Below, one piece after another: positions 38,396-54,260 of a stretch of DNA of 64,000 nucleotides. The stretch is taken from the NCBI RefSeq assembly GCF_009914755.1, contig NC_060934.1. One strand, written 5' to 3'. The notes beneath the pieces are model-generated. The model saw only the letters and a list, made by a program, of their open reading frames with translations, was not told where the DNA came from and ran no database searches. A program made the position numbers and the translations under genes. The DNA is from the human T2T-CHM13v2.0 reference genome, Homo sapiens. Positions within the stretch are counted from its first letter, which is position 1, and each line of letters starts with the position of its first letter.

Positions 38396-41136
38396 GGTGA
38401 GGAAGGAAGCCAAAGGTCAGACTTTACTTTCAAGATTTTACTGGGTCAGATTTTACTTGCCCAGATTTTACTGGGCAAGCTTGTCTTCTTTCTCCTTCTC
38501 TTCAGTGAAGTAACAGGCTACCAGGTAGGAGGCTGGGCATAGCTGGGTCTGATGATAGGCTCTGAGGACCAAGGTGGGAAGGTGCTGTCACTCCATGTGG
38601 TCAGTGATGGACTTTGAGCACCTGGCAGGGGCCCAGCCACACCCTGCTCAGCACACTTATCACCCCATGTGTCTCCAGAGGCCCTGGGACGTGGGCAGGC
38701 ACATCAATAGTTGCTCACTGGAGTCGTTCTGCTTCCACAAGGCTTTCAATAGCAAAACAGCTCTTATCTATGAAATATGATTCCTTGGAACCCCTCTTAT
38801 CTAAAGAAAGTTATGAGAGGGGCAGAATAATGCTGCTTCTTTGGAGGTAAATGCTCAGTTTGGCTTCCTCATAGGTATGTGAGGAGCAGAAGGAAAAGTT
38901 GCTTTCAAGAAAGTCACTCAAAAAAGCAGACATAAATATGAAAATATTTGTAGGCACACATGTTGAGGAAGAGGACAAAGGGTCTGGCTGCCCACCTCCC
39001 AGGCATTTTCCTCATTTAGAAGTGGCCCCCACTCACAGGGGTGGCCCCCAAGGGCTTTCTGGGCTTTGTGATCTTGTCCCCATGGCCATAACTGGTTGGT
39101 CCAAGTAGAGACATTTGATCCAAGCCAGACCAATCACATTCCCTGATCCAACTATTTGAAACCTGGTGCCAAGAGACACACAGAGATCTTTGGAATTGGG
39201 CTACTTCAATGACAAACACCTGGACAAGGCCCATGGTCCCTCGTCTGAGGGCCCCAGAACTGCTCTGATCTTACTCTAACCACAGATTGGGTGCTCAGAA
39301 TCTCCTTTGTGGTCTCTGAACTTCACCAATAAGCCTTCCAATTAGCTCCATGGGTCCAGGCATGGCACATTCCAACCTGCATATTTTGGCCAGATGACAC
39401 TATGGCTGCTCTGCCCTACAGGTTCACTCTTTATCCCAAAAACTCAGCTGAGGAAGAATTCCCAAAATGGCTCTCTTTCCTTCAACCCTAGCACCTCCAG
39501 ATGTCAAATTGCAAAGATGGCATGTGTCTCACCCTCAGATCTCAACAAGTGGCACTGTCTCTGTGTCTGTCCTCCACCGGCTTTGTGGCCAAGGAGAGCT
39601 ATGAGGAGGTGTCCCCAGACATCCTCACTCTGTGCCTAAGAATGGAGGAGGGGGAGGCAGAAAACACATGGCATCGTGCCTGTCACAGTTGAGGGTGATG
39701 GATGAGGAGGCAGGGCCCAGGGACTCACCATTGTTTCTGGGGAGGGCAGGATTCTCCACTCCTGAAACACCAGGTTTTTGTTCTCAAATCACTTGCTCCT
39801 AGGGCCCTGAGCACTCCACTTTCCTCTAGCACCAGATCAGGGAGGTCTGATTTTAACAAAAGTGTGCTTGTGTAGCTTGAGACATGTGAGTTACTAGGAT
39901 TGTCACCTGGGGCAAATTCAACAGGGGTCTCCCTGGGTAACTGTGCAGCTAGGGCTTCACCGTATAGATGGGAAGTAGAGTCTTTGCATCCACATTCAGC
40001 CTCAACTATTGCCAGGACCTCTCCAGAACGCATTCTACTCTGTAAGATTTGGGATGCAAAAGTTCTAAAAAATGCTCTTCATTATCTAGAATTTTCTAAT
40101 TATTATTTACATTATTTGCAGAGTAGATCTACATCTTTTGGGGGGCGGGTGGTTTATTTGTTTGCTTTTTAAAAATAAAAACCCAGTGGGGAGGAAATGA
40201 ACGGTGGCTGGGTCGCCTTTGATGCACTTGCCTTTCTCTCTGGTGGGATGAAAAGGAAGTCATGGCCCTATTTCCAAGAGGGTTTGGTGCAGATTTGGAA
40301 TCTGCTGGAAGCAATGTAAAGCAATCAATGAGTAAACAAGTGTCTAGGACATGCAGACTGGCATCCACCACGTGTGTGCACACACGTGTGTGTACTCAGT
40401 GCAACACAACTGGCTTGTCCACCCCAGGATTGGTTCTCCTGGCTGTTCCCTGGTATTAGATACAGCCTCAGACACCTTATCTCATGGTTAACAGGAAGGC
40501 CACAGCAGCCCCAAGTCCCCGACTCTCACCCCACATCATTGAAGGGAAGAGGGGGAACATCTCTTCCTAGGTAGGTCAACGGCCCCTCCCTGTCTCACTG
40601 CTGTGGGCATGGCCACCTTGGAGCCACTTGCATAGCCAGAGGGGTGGGACATTTCCTTCCGACCCACGTGACTCACCAAAGCAACATCTAGGCATTGTGA
40701 ATGGGATGAGGGAACCTGACACTGAGGAGATATCCTTGACATCTTCTATGTTGCCTCACTTCCCAAAGCCCAGGGGCTGCCTCTTCTATTGCCCACCAAA
40801 CAGCAATGGTGGTCATGTATAGGACATGCTGCCTGATGACTCATGGAATGCTCTTATGCACAGTGTCTCTGTGGATGCTCAGAAGAGCTCTAATTTTGAT
40901 GACCTCTAATTCACAGAGAGAGGGATTGAGCCTTAGGCATGGAGGCTACCGGCCCAAGAGCGTGAGGGGTGAGAAGTAGGCCAGAAGGTGAGCTCACCCT
41001 CTGGCCTTCAGATCCTCACTTCCATTCCCGCTCCTCCTGGGAGCCACTCCTGCATCTGGAGCCCCAGGGGGCTGCCTGCTCACTCCTGCTGGGCATCCCT
41101 ACAGTCCTAGCCGTGACTCCGTTGGTCTTGGTGGGA

Positions 41137-41368
41137 GTATTCATCATCTATTGCTGTGTAACAAATTACTACAAGCTTCGCAGCTTACAACAACACTGTA
41201 CATGAGCTCACAGTTCTATAGGTTAGAAGTCCAGACCTGGCACAAGGTGGGGCTTCTCTGCTTAGGGTTTCACAAGCTGAAACCACGTGTGGGCCAGCTG
41301 TGTCCTTATTTGGAAGTCAGGGTCCTCCTCCAGGCCCATTTGGGGTGTTGGCAGAATTCAGTTCCTAT
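41137..41368 (-). mobile_element. MLT1E-like LTR 3' fragment
   Basis: ctattgctgtgtaacaaattac...tgttggcagaattcagttcc. Confidence 0.75.
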
Positions 41369-41576
41369 GGAACCCCATCTCATGAGAAATAGAAATGCTA
41401 TATTTATTTAAGCCACTATTTGTCAGGTCTTGTGTTGCTCATCTAAGTACAATTACTAACTGATTCACAGGCACGCTGAGCAGACACGGGAGCAGACACT
41501 GAGGCTCAGGCGGGTGCTGGTAGAACCTCCCTTCCATGCGTGGCCACAGCTCTCCAAAGCCCTATTTTATACTTTT

Positions 41577-41882
<306 letters not shown>

Positions 41883-41965
41883 CCTACTTTATACTTTTAT
41901 ACGGTATTATTTCATTATGCCCTCTTAGCTTCTAAAAGGAGCTAAGATTAGATTTTTAAAATCTT

Positions 41966-42128
41966 CATTCCTTCCTCCCTCCGTCCTTCTTTTCTTTTTC
42001 TTTTCTTTTCTTCTTTCTTTCTTTCTCTTCTTTCTCTTCTTTCTTTCTTTCTTTTTCTTTCTTTCTTTCTCTTTCTCTCTCCCCTTCCTTCTTTTCTTCT
42101 TTTCTTTTCATTTTTTTTTCTTTTTTTC
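41966..42128. repeat. CT-rich (TTTC)n-like low-complexity tract
   Basis: Near-pure pyrimidine run inside an antisense MIR. Confidence 0.9.
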
Positions 42129-42839
42129 ATATGGAAAAACTAAGGCTCAAAGAGAGGAAGTAATTTTCTGGAAGACCTTCAGCCTCTTAGAGTCACAATC
42201 CAGAGCAAGCTGAGCCTCTCTAACTCATCATTCAGAGCCTCACTATCCTGCTCCACTCCCAGCCCAGCCTGGGCCCCAGCCCAGCTCAGCTGTTGTCTGC
42301 CCATGGATCAGTCTCAGCACCGGCCCTCCTACCTGGAAGAGCACTCACAAGCTGTGGGAGGAGGAGGGTGGCGTGTCCTCTGGCAGAGGCAGAGCCTAAC
42401 CGTACTTGGTCAGCTTCAGCACACACTTCCCTCGCTCCGCAGGGGCAGCTGCATACCTCCCCATTGGGAGGAGGCAATGGATCCAGCCAGGGCTGAGAGA
42501 GTTGTGGGGTATTGACCCAAGCTCCCAGCTCTCCTGGCTGAGTCTCAACTGGGGACCCCCGAGGACCATTTCCGAAGCACAGGCAAAGTTCTCGTGTTCC
42601 CACCAGGACTTGCAGGAGCAGCCTGTCAAAATAAATTGTATATTATGGATTCTGGGAGGTTGGAGGACCAGCTGTTACCAAAATGCTTGGGCTAATTTTA
42701 AATCTATTCATTATTCATGATTAATTACCAAAGCCCCGAGAGATGTAAGTGAACATAGCTCTTACAGCACATGTCGAAGTCACTCTGGGAATATATTAGT
42801 GGAGTTATCCCTCTCCTTCTTTCATTGTTGCTGTTTTCA

Positions 42840-45390
<2,551 letters not shown>

Positions 45391-45892
45391 GCCTTTCTTT
45401 GTTTTGCATTTTGTTTCCTTTTGTTTTTAATCAGAAGAATCTCGAGGAATAAATAGGGTTGTATGAATGATACTTCCTCCCCCAATGACTCTGGCCATGT
45501 GCTCAGACCAGGATGCTAAGGTGGGGCAAGGTGTGGTTGGCCTGATCTGATCTCCCCTTGGGATGGCCCCACTTGGGGGTGATCCTTGACTCGATCTCCT
45601 TTTCCTTCTATTTTACCTTTGTTTATTTCCTGACTACTCTATTACTTCTTTCAGTCCAACAAAAAATTTTAGAAAACCTCCTTTGTGCCTAGCTTTATGT
45701 AGGTTGCAGGGATGCAAAGATAAACGATGTCCACATACAGCCTAACAGGGAAGCTAGAGATGCAAACATCCACCATCCTGTGTGATTGTCACTGCTGTTC
45801 TGTGATGGCATGGGTAAAGATGACAGACAGAAAAATGGTTGAATTTATCCTCTGTGCCCTAATAACCCCATAACTGCAGGCAAGTTACTTAA

Positions 45893-46040
45893 ATCCTTGC
45901 TGCTGAAGTGTGGCCAGTGGACCTGCAGCATCAATGTCACCTGAGAGCTTGTGAGAAATGCAAAATCTCAGACCCCACCCCAGACCTGTGGAATCATTTT
46001 AGCAAGATCCGCAGGTGATTCACATGCACACTAAAGGTGC
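45893..46040. mobile_element. MER5A-like MITE
   Basis: cagcatcaatgtcacctgagagcttgtgagaaatgcaaaatctcagaccccaccccagacct. Confidence 0.8.
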
Positions 46041-47625
46041 AGAGAGGGGCAGCCTCTTGCTCAGAATCCCAGAATGAGTTAGGCACAAGGCCAGGCCCGC
46101 AGGAGGGCAGCCTCCTGATTTCTACAGGGGGCCATTCTCCAATCCTGGGATTCATCAATCCCCCCAGCCTCATCAGTCCATCTCTGTCACTGCTGGGAAC
46201 GGGCTGATGCCATTTCCCTGGGAAGAAAGGTGCCTGGAAGTCACCAAGCTCTGCCAGCCCCAGGTTCAGACGCTGGGAGCTCCCTCTGGAGCAAAGCCTT
46301 CTGCAGCTGTTGGGGATGCCCAGAGCTCATTCTGAAAAGCTTGTTCTCAGAGAGGCTGGAAATCAATGCAATCATATTGGAAAGTCTATGCTTCCTGAAA
46401 AAGGACTACTATTGGAGAATTTCTTCTTTCTCAGCCTCTATCCCTCCCCTCAGGGGCAGAACCCACCCCCACCTTGGCTGTGTTTCTCAAAGTGGCAGAG
46501 TTCTGACATGAGGGGAAAGAGCTTAGGGAAATCGGATTTTATGGTCCTTTCCCACCCCACCCTATGCCACCCCTTTCATCTCCTCCCAGCAAGACTCAAC
46601 TTAACAGTCTCCAATCAGAAGCCAACTGCCACACCCACTTAAAGCTGCCTCTACCCCTAGTCCTGACGTGTCTTCCTTAAGTGAAGTCAGCTCTATTCTG
46701 CCCACTGTCTTTAAGTGGAAATTCTTTCCCCTTCTCATCCCAACCTCCACGGCGTGTGGAATTTATTCCTGCACCTCTTCCTCTTTTTACCCGTACTACC
46801 TCCATGGTGCAGCCATGATGCGTGCAGTGGAAAGTGACCTCCTTCCTTCCCAGCTGTCCAGGGCACTTACAGGCAGAGGGGGCTTAGAACTCCAGGACTG
46901 ACCTAGCTCCTTCTTTTGCAGATAACCAATGCATGGCTCAGAGAGGAAATGAGACCCACAGACCCACATCATCTCACATCACGTCAAGACCCACAGCTCT
47001 GTGGAGACAAACCTGAATGGTCTAGACTAGATGTTCTATCACCAAATTATCTATCATTTATCTGTCTTTCTGTCTATTGATCCAATCTATCAATTGATGG
47101 ATCAATCATTTCTCTATTACAATCCCCTCTCCTTGCACTTTGCTGTCTTCCACAGTGGAAGCCCGTTGTGAGCAGGTGGCAATAGACCTCATGGTATTGA
47201 AAGGGCCCATGTATCCATGGGTCCTGGGGTCCCATTGGAATCTTAAGGAAGGAAAGCCTTCCTCACTGCTTGTCTGCCGCTGGCAGCCTTCAACAACTTC
47301 ACTGGCTTCAGAGTCAGATGTCGAAATGTCTCTGTCCTGGAAGCCACTGGAACTGCAGGTCCCCACTCCGCATTAGGCAGCCAGAAGAAAGAGGAGCCTT
47401 GGTTTCCTTGTCTGGACAATGAGGAACTTGCAGAAAGTGACCCTGAGGAAGGCCTTTGCTATGGTTTGAATGTTTCCTCCTAAACTCATGTCGAAACTTC
47501 ATTCTCAATGTGGCGATATTGAGAGGCGGGGCCTTTAAGAGGTGACTGGGTCATGAAGGTTCTGCCCTCATGAATGGATTCATCTATTGATGGATTAATG
47601 GATGAATGGGTTAATGGATGAATAG

Positions 47626-48520
<895 letters not shown>

Positions 48521-49333
48521 ATAGGTTTTCATGGGAGGGGAACTGGTGGCTTTGTAAGAAGAGGAAGAGAGACCTGAGGGGCACATTCACATCCTCAGCC
48601 CCATCACCATGTGATACCTTGTGGCTGGACTTTGCACTGAGCTCCACCAGCAAGAAGGCTGTCACCAGATGTTGTCCCTCAACCCCTGGCTTCTCAGCCC
48701 CAGTAACTGTAAGAAATAACTTGCTTTTCTTTATAAATTACTTAGTTTCAGGTACTATGTTATAAATGACGGAAAATGGACTAACATAGCCTTTGAAGCC
48801 ACTGCATGGGACCTGTGAAAAATGCAGGCATAGGACTCCCCCTCCATTCCGGTGTAGTAAGTTTGAAATGGGATCCACCCACTTTATTTCTACCGAAAGC
48901 TCCGGGGGCGGGGGGATCTAAGATCCAGTGCATTTGAAAGCCACCGTGATAGGCCATTTTTGACACCAGGAGAATCTGCAAGGGACAACTAGCCATTGGG
49001 GCTAATAGAACCACACCTTGGCGTCTGCAGCGGGCTGGGGCCTCTGGCGCTGTATGGCCCTGGCTTCTGCTTTTAATGTCCCTCCCTCACCAGAAACCAG
49101 AGCTGGTCTCTACTTCCAAGCAGCTCTCACTCCGGAGCCTCTGAAGCGAATATGCACAGTTAAGTGCTTCAGGGAATGTCCATTCCCAAATCCAATTTTA
49201 ATACCGATGTACCGCTAAGAGCACTTGCTACTAAGAATTAGCTAATGCAAGACTGATGTTTAGAAAAATCTATACAGAAAAGTGCAGTGCCTGGACTTGG
49301 GAAGCTACCTAGTTTGCTTATTTCCTTCTGTCA

Positions 49334-49624
49334 TTTTTTTGAGACAGAGTCTTGCTCTGTTGCCCAGGCTGGAGTGCAGTGGAGTGATCTCGGCTCACTG
49401 CAAGCTCTGCCTCCGGGTTCACGCCATTCTCCTGCCTCAACCTTCCAAGTAGCTGGGACTACAGGCACCCACCACCACACTCGGCTAATTTTTTTTTTGT
49501 ATTTTTAGTAGAGATGGGGTTTCACTGTGTTAGCCAGGATGGTCTCGATCTCCTGACCTCGTGATTCACCCGCCTCGGCCTCCCAAAGGGCTGGGATTAC
49601 AGGTGTGAGCCACTGCGCCTGGAC
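49334..49624 (-). mobile_element. AluY
   Basis: ctgcaagctc, ttcacgccattc and gtgttagccaggatggtctcgatc are Y-type. Confidence 0.9.
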
Positions 49625-50439
49625 TCCTTTCATTTTTATCCCCCTCTTCTTCTCCTCTCTCTTCCTCTTTTCTCCCCTCCCCTCTGCTTTCTTCTTCTTG
49701 CTTCCTTTTACTTGCATATCCAGGGAGCATTTTAATTTTGGAAATAAATGCTATGTAAGCCAAAGTTCTGTGGTGTGCGAGAGTATGGGGTGTGAGAAGG
49801 GAGAATTAGAGGAAGGCATTTTAACACCTGTCAAGGCATGGTATTGCCTTCCAGGCAGTTTCTAGAAAAACAAAAACACAGCTGCAGCCATCCTAGAGGC
49901 AGGGGCTCACCTCTACTCCAGGGGCTAAGCAGCCTTCACCCTGGGAAAGGTGTCAGGCGAGGGTGGTGATCCAGTTCCTTTGGTGCACCACAAACAATTC
50001 AACCCAGGGGTGCTGCTGATCACCGAGTGCCCCTGAGTCTCTGTCAAGATTTTTGAAACATGTGATCAGTAAAATCTTAATCTGAACATTTCAATTACAC
50101 AGGGAGAGTCAGAAATATAAAAGTAGTCATGAAACTCAATCTCTCAAAGAAGTAGAAGCAGCTTAGTTCCTGGAGCTGGGATGGTAGTTGATGGGTTCAT
50201 CAACAGGCTGCACAGAGTTTAGGGTGGTATCAAGGATATATTTTAAAAAGAGAGAGAGAACTGTAGGTATACCTGGGGGATGGGGCAAGTAGGAGTCAGT
50301 TAAAAGAGCAACCATTCCATTTGAGAATTCCCAAGTAACAGCTCTCACAGCATGTGGCTGCCTTCACAGGGAAGCTCCCAGCTCCTGAATGCTGAGAGCC
50401 AGGGCTGCTGCCTAACAGACCTGGCCCCTTCTGCTCCGG

Positions 50440-50895
50440 CTGGAGCTGAATGCCTCCCAGGATCAGCTGTGCTTGTTATTGTAATTAAACAGTTTACAAA
50501 AACTGATGAAATAAGAGTGCCAAAAGAAAAAGGGTTGTTTTCATAAAAACTAAGTTTAGTTCTTCAGAAAGGCTCTTTCTATAAAGGGAAGTCAGTAAAA
50601 ATAATTGCAATTAAATTAGGTGTGGGCGAGATAACTTTAAAAGCTTGGGGAGAATTGTACGCATCTAGAAATGCCTGCGTTTGCTTAAGTTCTCACTTAT
50701 TTTAAAGAAAACAAAATTGGAAATTATAGACAATATGGTTGGGGTGGGGTTTATGTAAGAAAGAAAACTGGAAATTCCAAACAAAGGACTCATTCTCAAA
50801 GAAAAGCTCTTGGCAGTCCATGAAATTATGGGTGAATGAACGACATAGGTTTTAAGTTAAAATAAAATGTTGAATGTATAGTTATTTTATGATTA
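50440..50895 (+). mobile_element. Tigger15a-like element with decayed transposase N-terminus
   Basis: aattaggtgtgggcgagataac...ctcaaagaaaag...ttttaagttaaaataaaatgtt matches the recalled consensus. Confidence 0.65.
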
Positions 50896-51549
50896 AGGGG
50901 AATCATAAACATCATGATGGGTCATAGATTTGGATGTTCCCTGCAGCAATGGGAAGCTGCTGAAGAATTCTGAATAGGCAGTGACATGCTGGGTTTGCCT
51001 TGTTGGGTGCGTCACTCCAACTGTGAGCCATTATATGGCCTGGGGTGGTGATAAGAGGAAAAGAGATCTGTAAAGAGCCTCTGTAATCTGTGAGTGGTAG
51101 GAGTCCCAAATCAAGAAAATGGAGATGGAAAGAAGAGGACAGAATAGAGAGATCTTTGGAAGCCTATGTAGAACTAATAGGCTGAGATGATTGGGTCTAG
51201 GGGTTTGTGGTCTGAGTGATGGGTGGGCTGAAAATGCCTATAATTAGTTCATGTTAGGTTCCAATGCAAATAACAAGGACCAAATATAAATAGGATCTAA
51301 TCAAGATAAGAGTTGGTACATGGTATGTGCTGTGCCTCAAACAAGCATCCCCTTCTCAGGTGTCTTCCCGGGACCAAAATGTCCACATAGAAGTGTTACA
51401 AGAAAGGGGTCCCAATCCAGACCCTAAGAGAAGGATCCCAAACAGCATGACTGTGGTTTTTCTCGCCATGGGCCTTCAGGCAGATAAATTTGTGTCCAAT
51501 ATATAAGGGCTGGTGAAATTTCTTTTCCTTCCATTCTGTGCATTTATGT

Positions 51550-52105
51550 ATTTTTCCACTTATTTTAAGGTAAAATCTGCATACAGCAAAATGTCTCCCT
51601 TTTAGTGTTCACGTTTTGCTATTGTAATAAATGTATCCAATTGTGTAATCAACATCACAATCAAGATATAGAACAGTTCCATCAAACCCCCCAATTCCTT
51701 TGTGTCCCTTTACAGCCAACCCTTTCCCTCACCCATTGCCCCTGGCAACTGCTGAGCTGTTTTCTGTCCACAGAGTTTTGCCTTTTCTGGAATATCACAG
51801 AGGTGGAATCATGTGATTCATCCATGTCGCTGTGGCTATCAGTGGCTCATTGTTTGCATTGCTGGGTAGATTCCTTTGCGTGGAGGGACCACATCCATTG
51901 TTTACCCACTCACTGGTTAAAGAACATGTGGATTGTTTTCACATTTGGGTGATTACTAAAAAAAAAAATAAATATTAGTGTATCGATTTTTGTGTGAACA
52001 TAATTTTTCAGATCACTTGGGTAAGTACCTAGGAGTAGGAGTGCCAAGGCGTATGGTAAGTGTGTGTTTAACTCTGTAAGAAAGGGCTACACTGTTTTTC
52101 CAGGG
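51550..52105 (-). mobile_element. L1MB-type 3' end, antisense
   Basis: cacaatcaagatatagaacagttccatc, cccctggcaactgctg, acctaggagtaggagtgc. Confidence 0.8.
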
Positions 52106-52769
52106 CTTAAAGCTTTTGTTCCATAGGAAACGGGGAGAAAGGTTGGGGCAGGACTTTCTGCCCAGCCCCTAGCAGCTGCTACTGCTTCTCTTCGACTGGG
52201 CACTACTGGAGGGCTTTCGAGGGTCTCTCACTGCCCCCAGGCTTTCGTGTGAGTACCCAGCATGGTCTGTGGAGAGGACCGTGCACCCATGTGGGTGCAA
52301 CTTCCCCCTTCTGTCTGTGGCCCCAGGGCCTCAATAGTCTCTCATTGGCCCACATGAAGCCCTTAGCAATTTGTTAAAATTGTAGCTGAATTCTCCTTAG
52401 TTGTGTCGACAGCATCTGCCCCAGCTACATACATGCAGGCGAATCTGTACTTGGACGTGCCAGTCTTTCCTTAGACTTCTGGTTGGTAGCCCTGTGACTT
52501 CAGCTGTGATGGGTCAGGAAAAGGTGTGAGTTTGCAGACTGCCTGCATTTGTTGTTGTTGTTGTTGTTGTTGTTTTGTTATGAGGTTAGGAACAATGGTC
52601 TTCCCAGCTCTCTGCATCCCATGTGGAAACCAGGAGTCCTGCAGGTGAAATTTTAAGTATGTGGACTTTTGAACCCTGGTTTATTATTACACAAAATTAA
52701 AGAGTATTGCCCTCTATCTCAGGGTATTCAGAAAAGAACAGGTGAGATCTGCTGGAAGATTGCTTTGTC

Positions 52770-53160
52770 ACTTCATCATTCACTCAGTTTTTATTAAACC
52801 TCTTTGAGCCAAGGGCTGAGTGAGGTGCTGGAGTGTGAATAGTGAATTAAGGGAGGTTACTTGTTCCCAAGGAGCTTGCAATCTACCGTAGAGACAGACT
52901 CCATCATGGAGTACCTGGAATGCTAGGAGGGGAAAATTAGACACGATCAAGTGCCAAGGGTGGAAGGTATAAAATGTGGTCTGCATGGAGGAGAATGGGG
53001 GGGATGAGATAGGTGGTCAGCTGGGAAAGTCAGGAGTTGCAAAGGAAGCTCACAGCTGGGGCACCAATGACGTGCCAGAGAGTGGTAGAAGGGCTTCTTG
53101 TCCAATACTCTATCCAATCCCTGTAACATCTCTGCAAAATGGATGTCATTACCAAGGTGA
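52770..53160 (-). mobile_element. L2 LINE
   Basis: catcattcactcagtttttattaaacctc...caaggagcttgcaatcta. Confidence 0.6.
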
Positions 53161-53232
53161 GTTGGTTTAAAGAGGGTAAACGGCATGCCCAGGTCAAGAG
53201 TCAAACTCAAGTTTGTCTTTACTGAAGTTACC

Positions 53233-53736
53233 GTGGTGGCAGGTGGAAAAATGCCCCCCAGAGATATCCATGTCTTATTCCCTGGAATCTGTGCATATGT
53301 TAGTTTACAAGGCAAAGGAGCACCCAGGTTGTGGATGGAATTAAGGTGTTAATCGCAGACTTTGAAAGGGTAAGAATGTCCTGGATTAGCCAAGTTGGTC
53401 CAGTGTTATCACAAGGGTCCTTGTAAGTGGAAGAGGAATGCAGGAAAGAAAAACCTAGAGGGGTGGCGACTAGAGAAGAGCTTGGCTTGCCATTGCTGGC
53501 TTTGAAGATGAAGGAAGGGGCCATGAGCAAGGCATGGGTGGCCCCTGGAAGCTGGGAAAGGCCAGGGCACAGATTCTCTCCTCGAGCCTGCAGAAGGAAC
53601 GCAGCCCTGTGGCACCATGATGTTAGCCCAGAGAGACTGCGTTGGGTTTCTGACCTCCAGAACTTTAAGATAATATCTGTACTCTTTGAGACCCTAAATT
53701 TGTGGTAAGTTTTAACAGCATCAGTAGAAAACTAAG
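53233..53736 (+). mobile_element. MLT1D-like MaLR LTR
   Basis: agatatccatgtcttattccctggaatctgtg...ttgctggctttgaagatgaagg...ttctgacctccagaact. Confidence 0.85.
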
Positions 53737-53849
53737 CTGGAACTTAAGCTGGAATTTTAAATTCAATCGCATTTCAACAGACATTTCACACCTGGGAGCC
53801 ACATATGCTAAACAAACAAACAAACAAACAAACAAACAAAAACCCAACA

Positions 53850-54060
53850 GAGGTAGGTGAGTGAGACTGCCTGATTCACCCTCTGCTAGCTGTACTACCT
53901 TGGGCATGTTATTTAAAATTTTTAAGGCCTCTGTTTCCTTCTCTATAAAATAGAGATAATAAAATATCTGCCTCAGAATGGTGTGAGGATCAAATGAGAT
54001 AATGCATTAAAATAGGTTAGCATGGTGCCTGCTGTAAACTAAGTGCTTAGCAAATAATTA
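53850..54060 (+). mobile_element. MIR, preceded by an (AAAC)n repeat at about 53810-53842
   Basis: ctagctgtactaccttgggcatgttattt...ggatcaaatgagataatgcat. Confidence 0.75.
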
Positions 54061-54260
54061 TCACCATCAACATCATCGCCATCACTACCATGATCATTAT
54101 CTCCACATAATCAACTTCATCACCATGATTATTGGCATGACAATGTTTCATCACTGTCACTATCTCTATCGCCATCACTACCATCATCATCTTCACACCA
54201 CCATCATCATCACCATCATTACTGGCATCGTCATCACCCTCATCATCATGATTGTCATTG
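54057..54260. repeat. Degenerate (CAT/CAC)n trinucleotide tract
   Basis: catcatcaccatcatt... Confidence 0.9.

Noticed and set aside
38419-38479. Repeat-spacer pattern reminiscent of CRISPR
   Set aside because: 10-bp repeats with 4-5 nt spacers in primate DNA and no cas genes
47076-47106. Small inverted repeat attgatcca/tggatcaat
   Set aside because: Lies in a degenerate (TCTA/ATCA)n tract where such symmetry is expected
51394-51437. 44-bp piece resembling an LTR8-type terminus
   Set aside because: Too short to annotate confidently without a Dfam search
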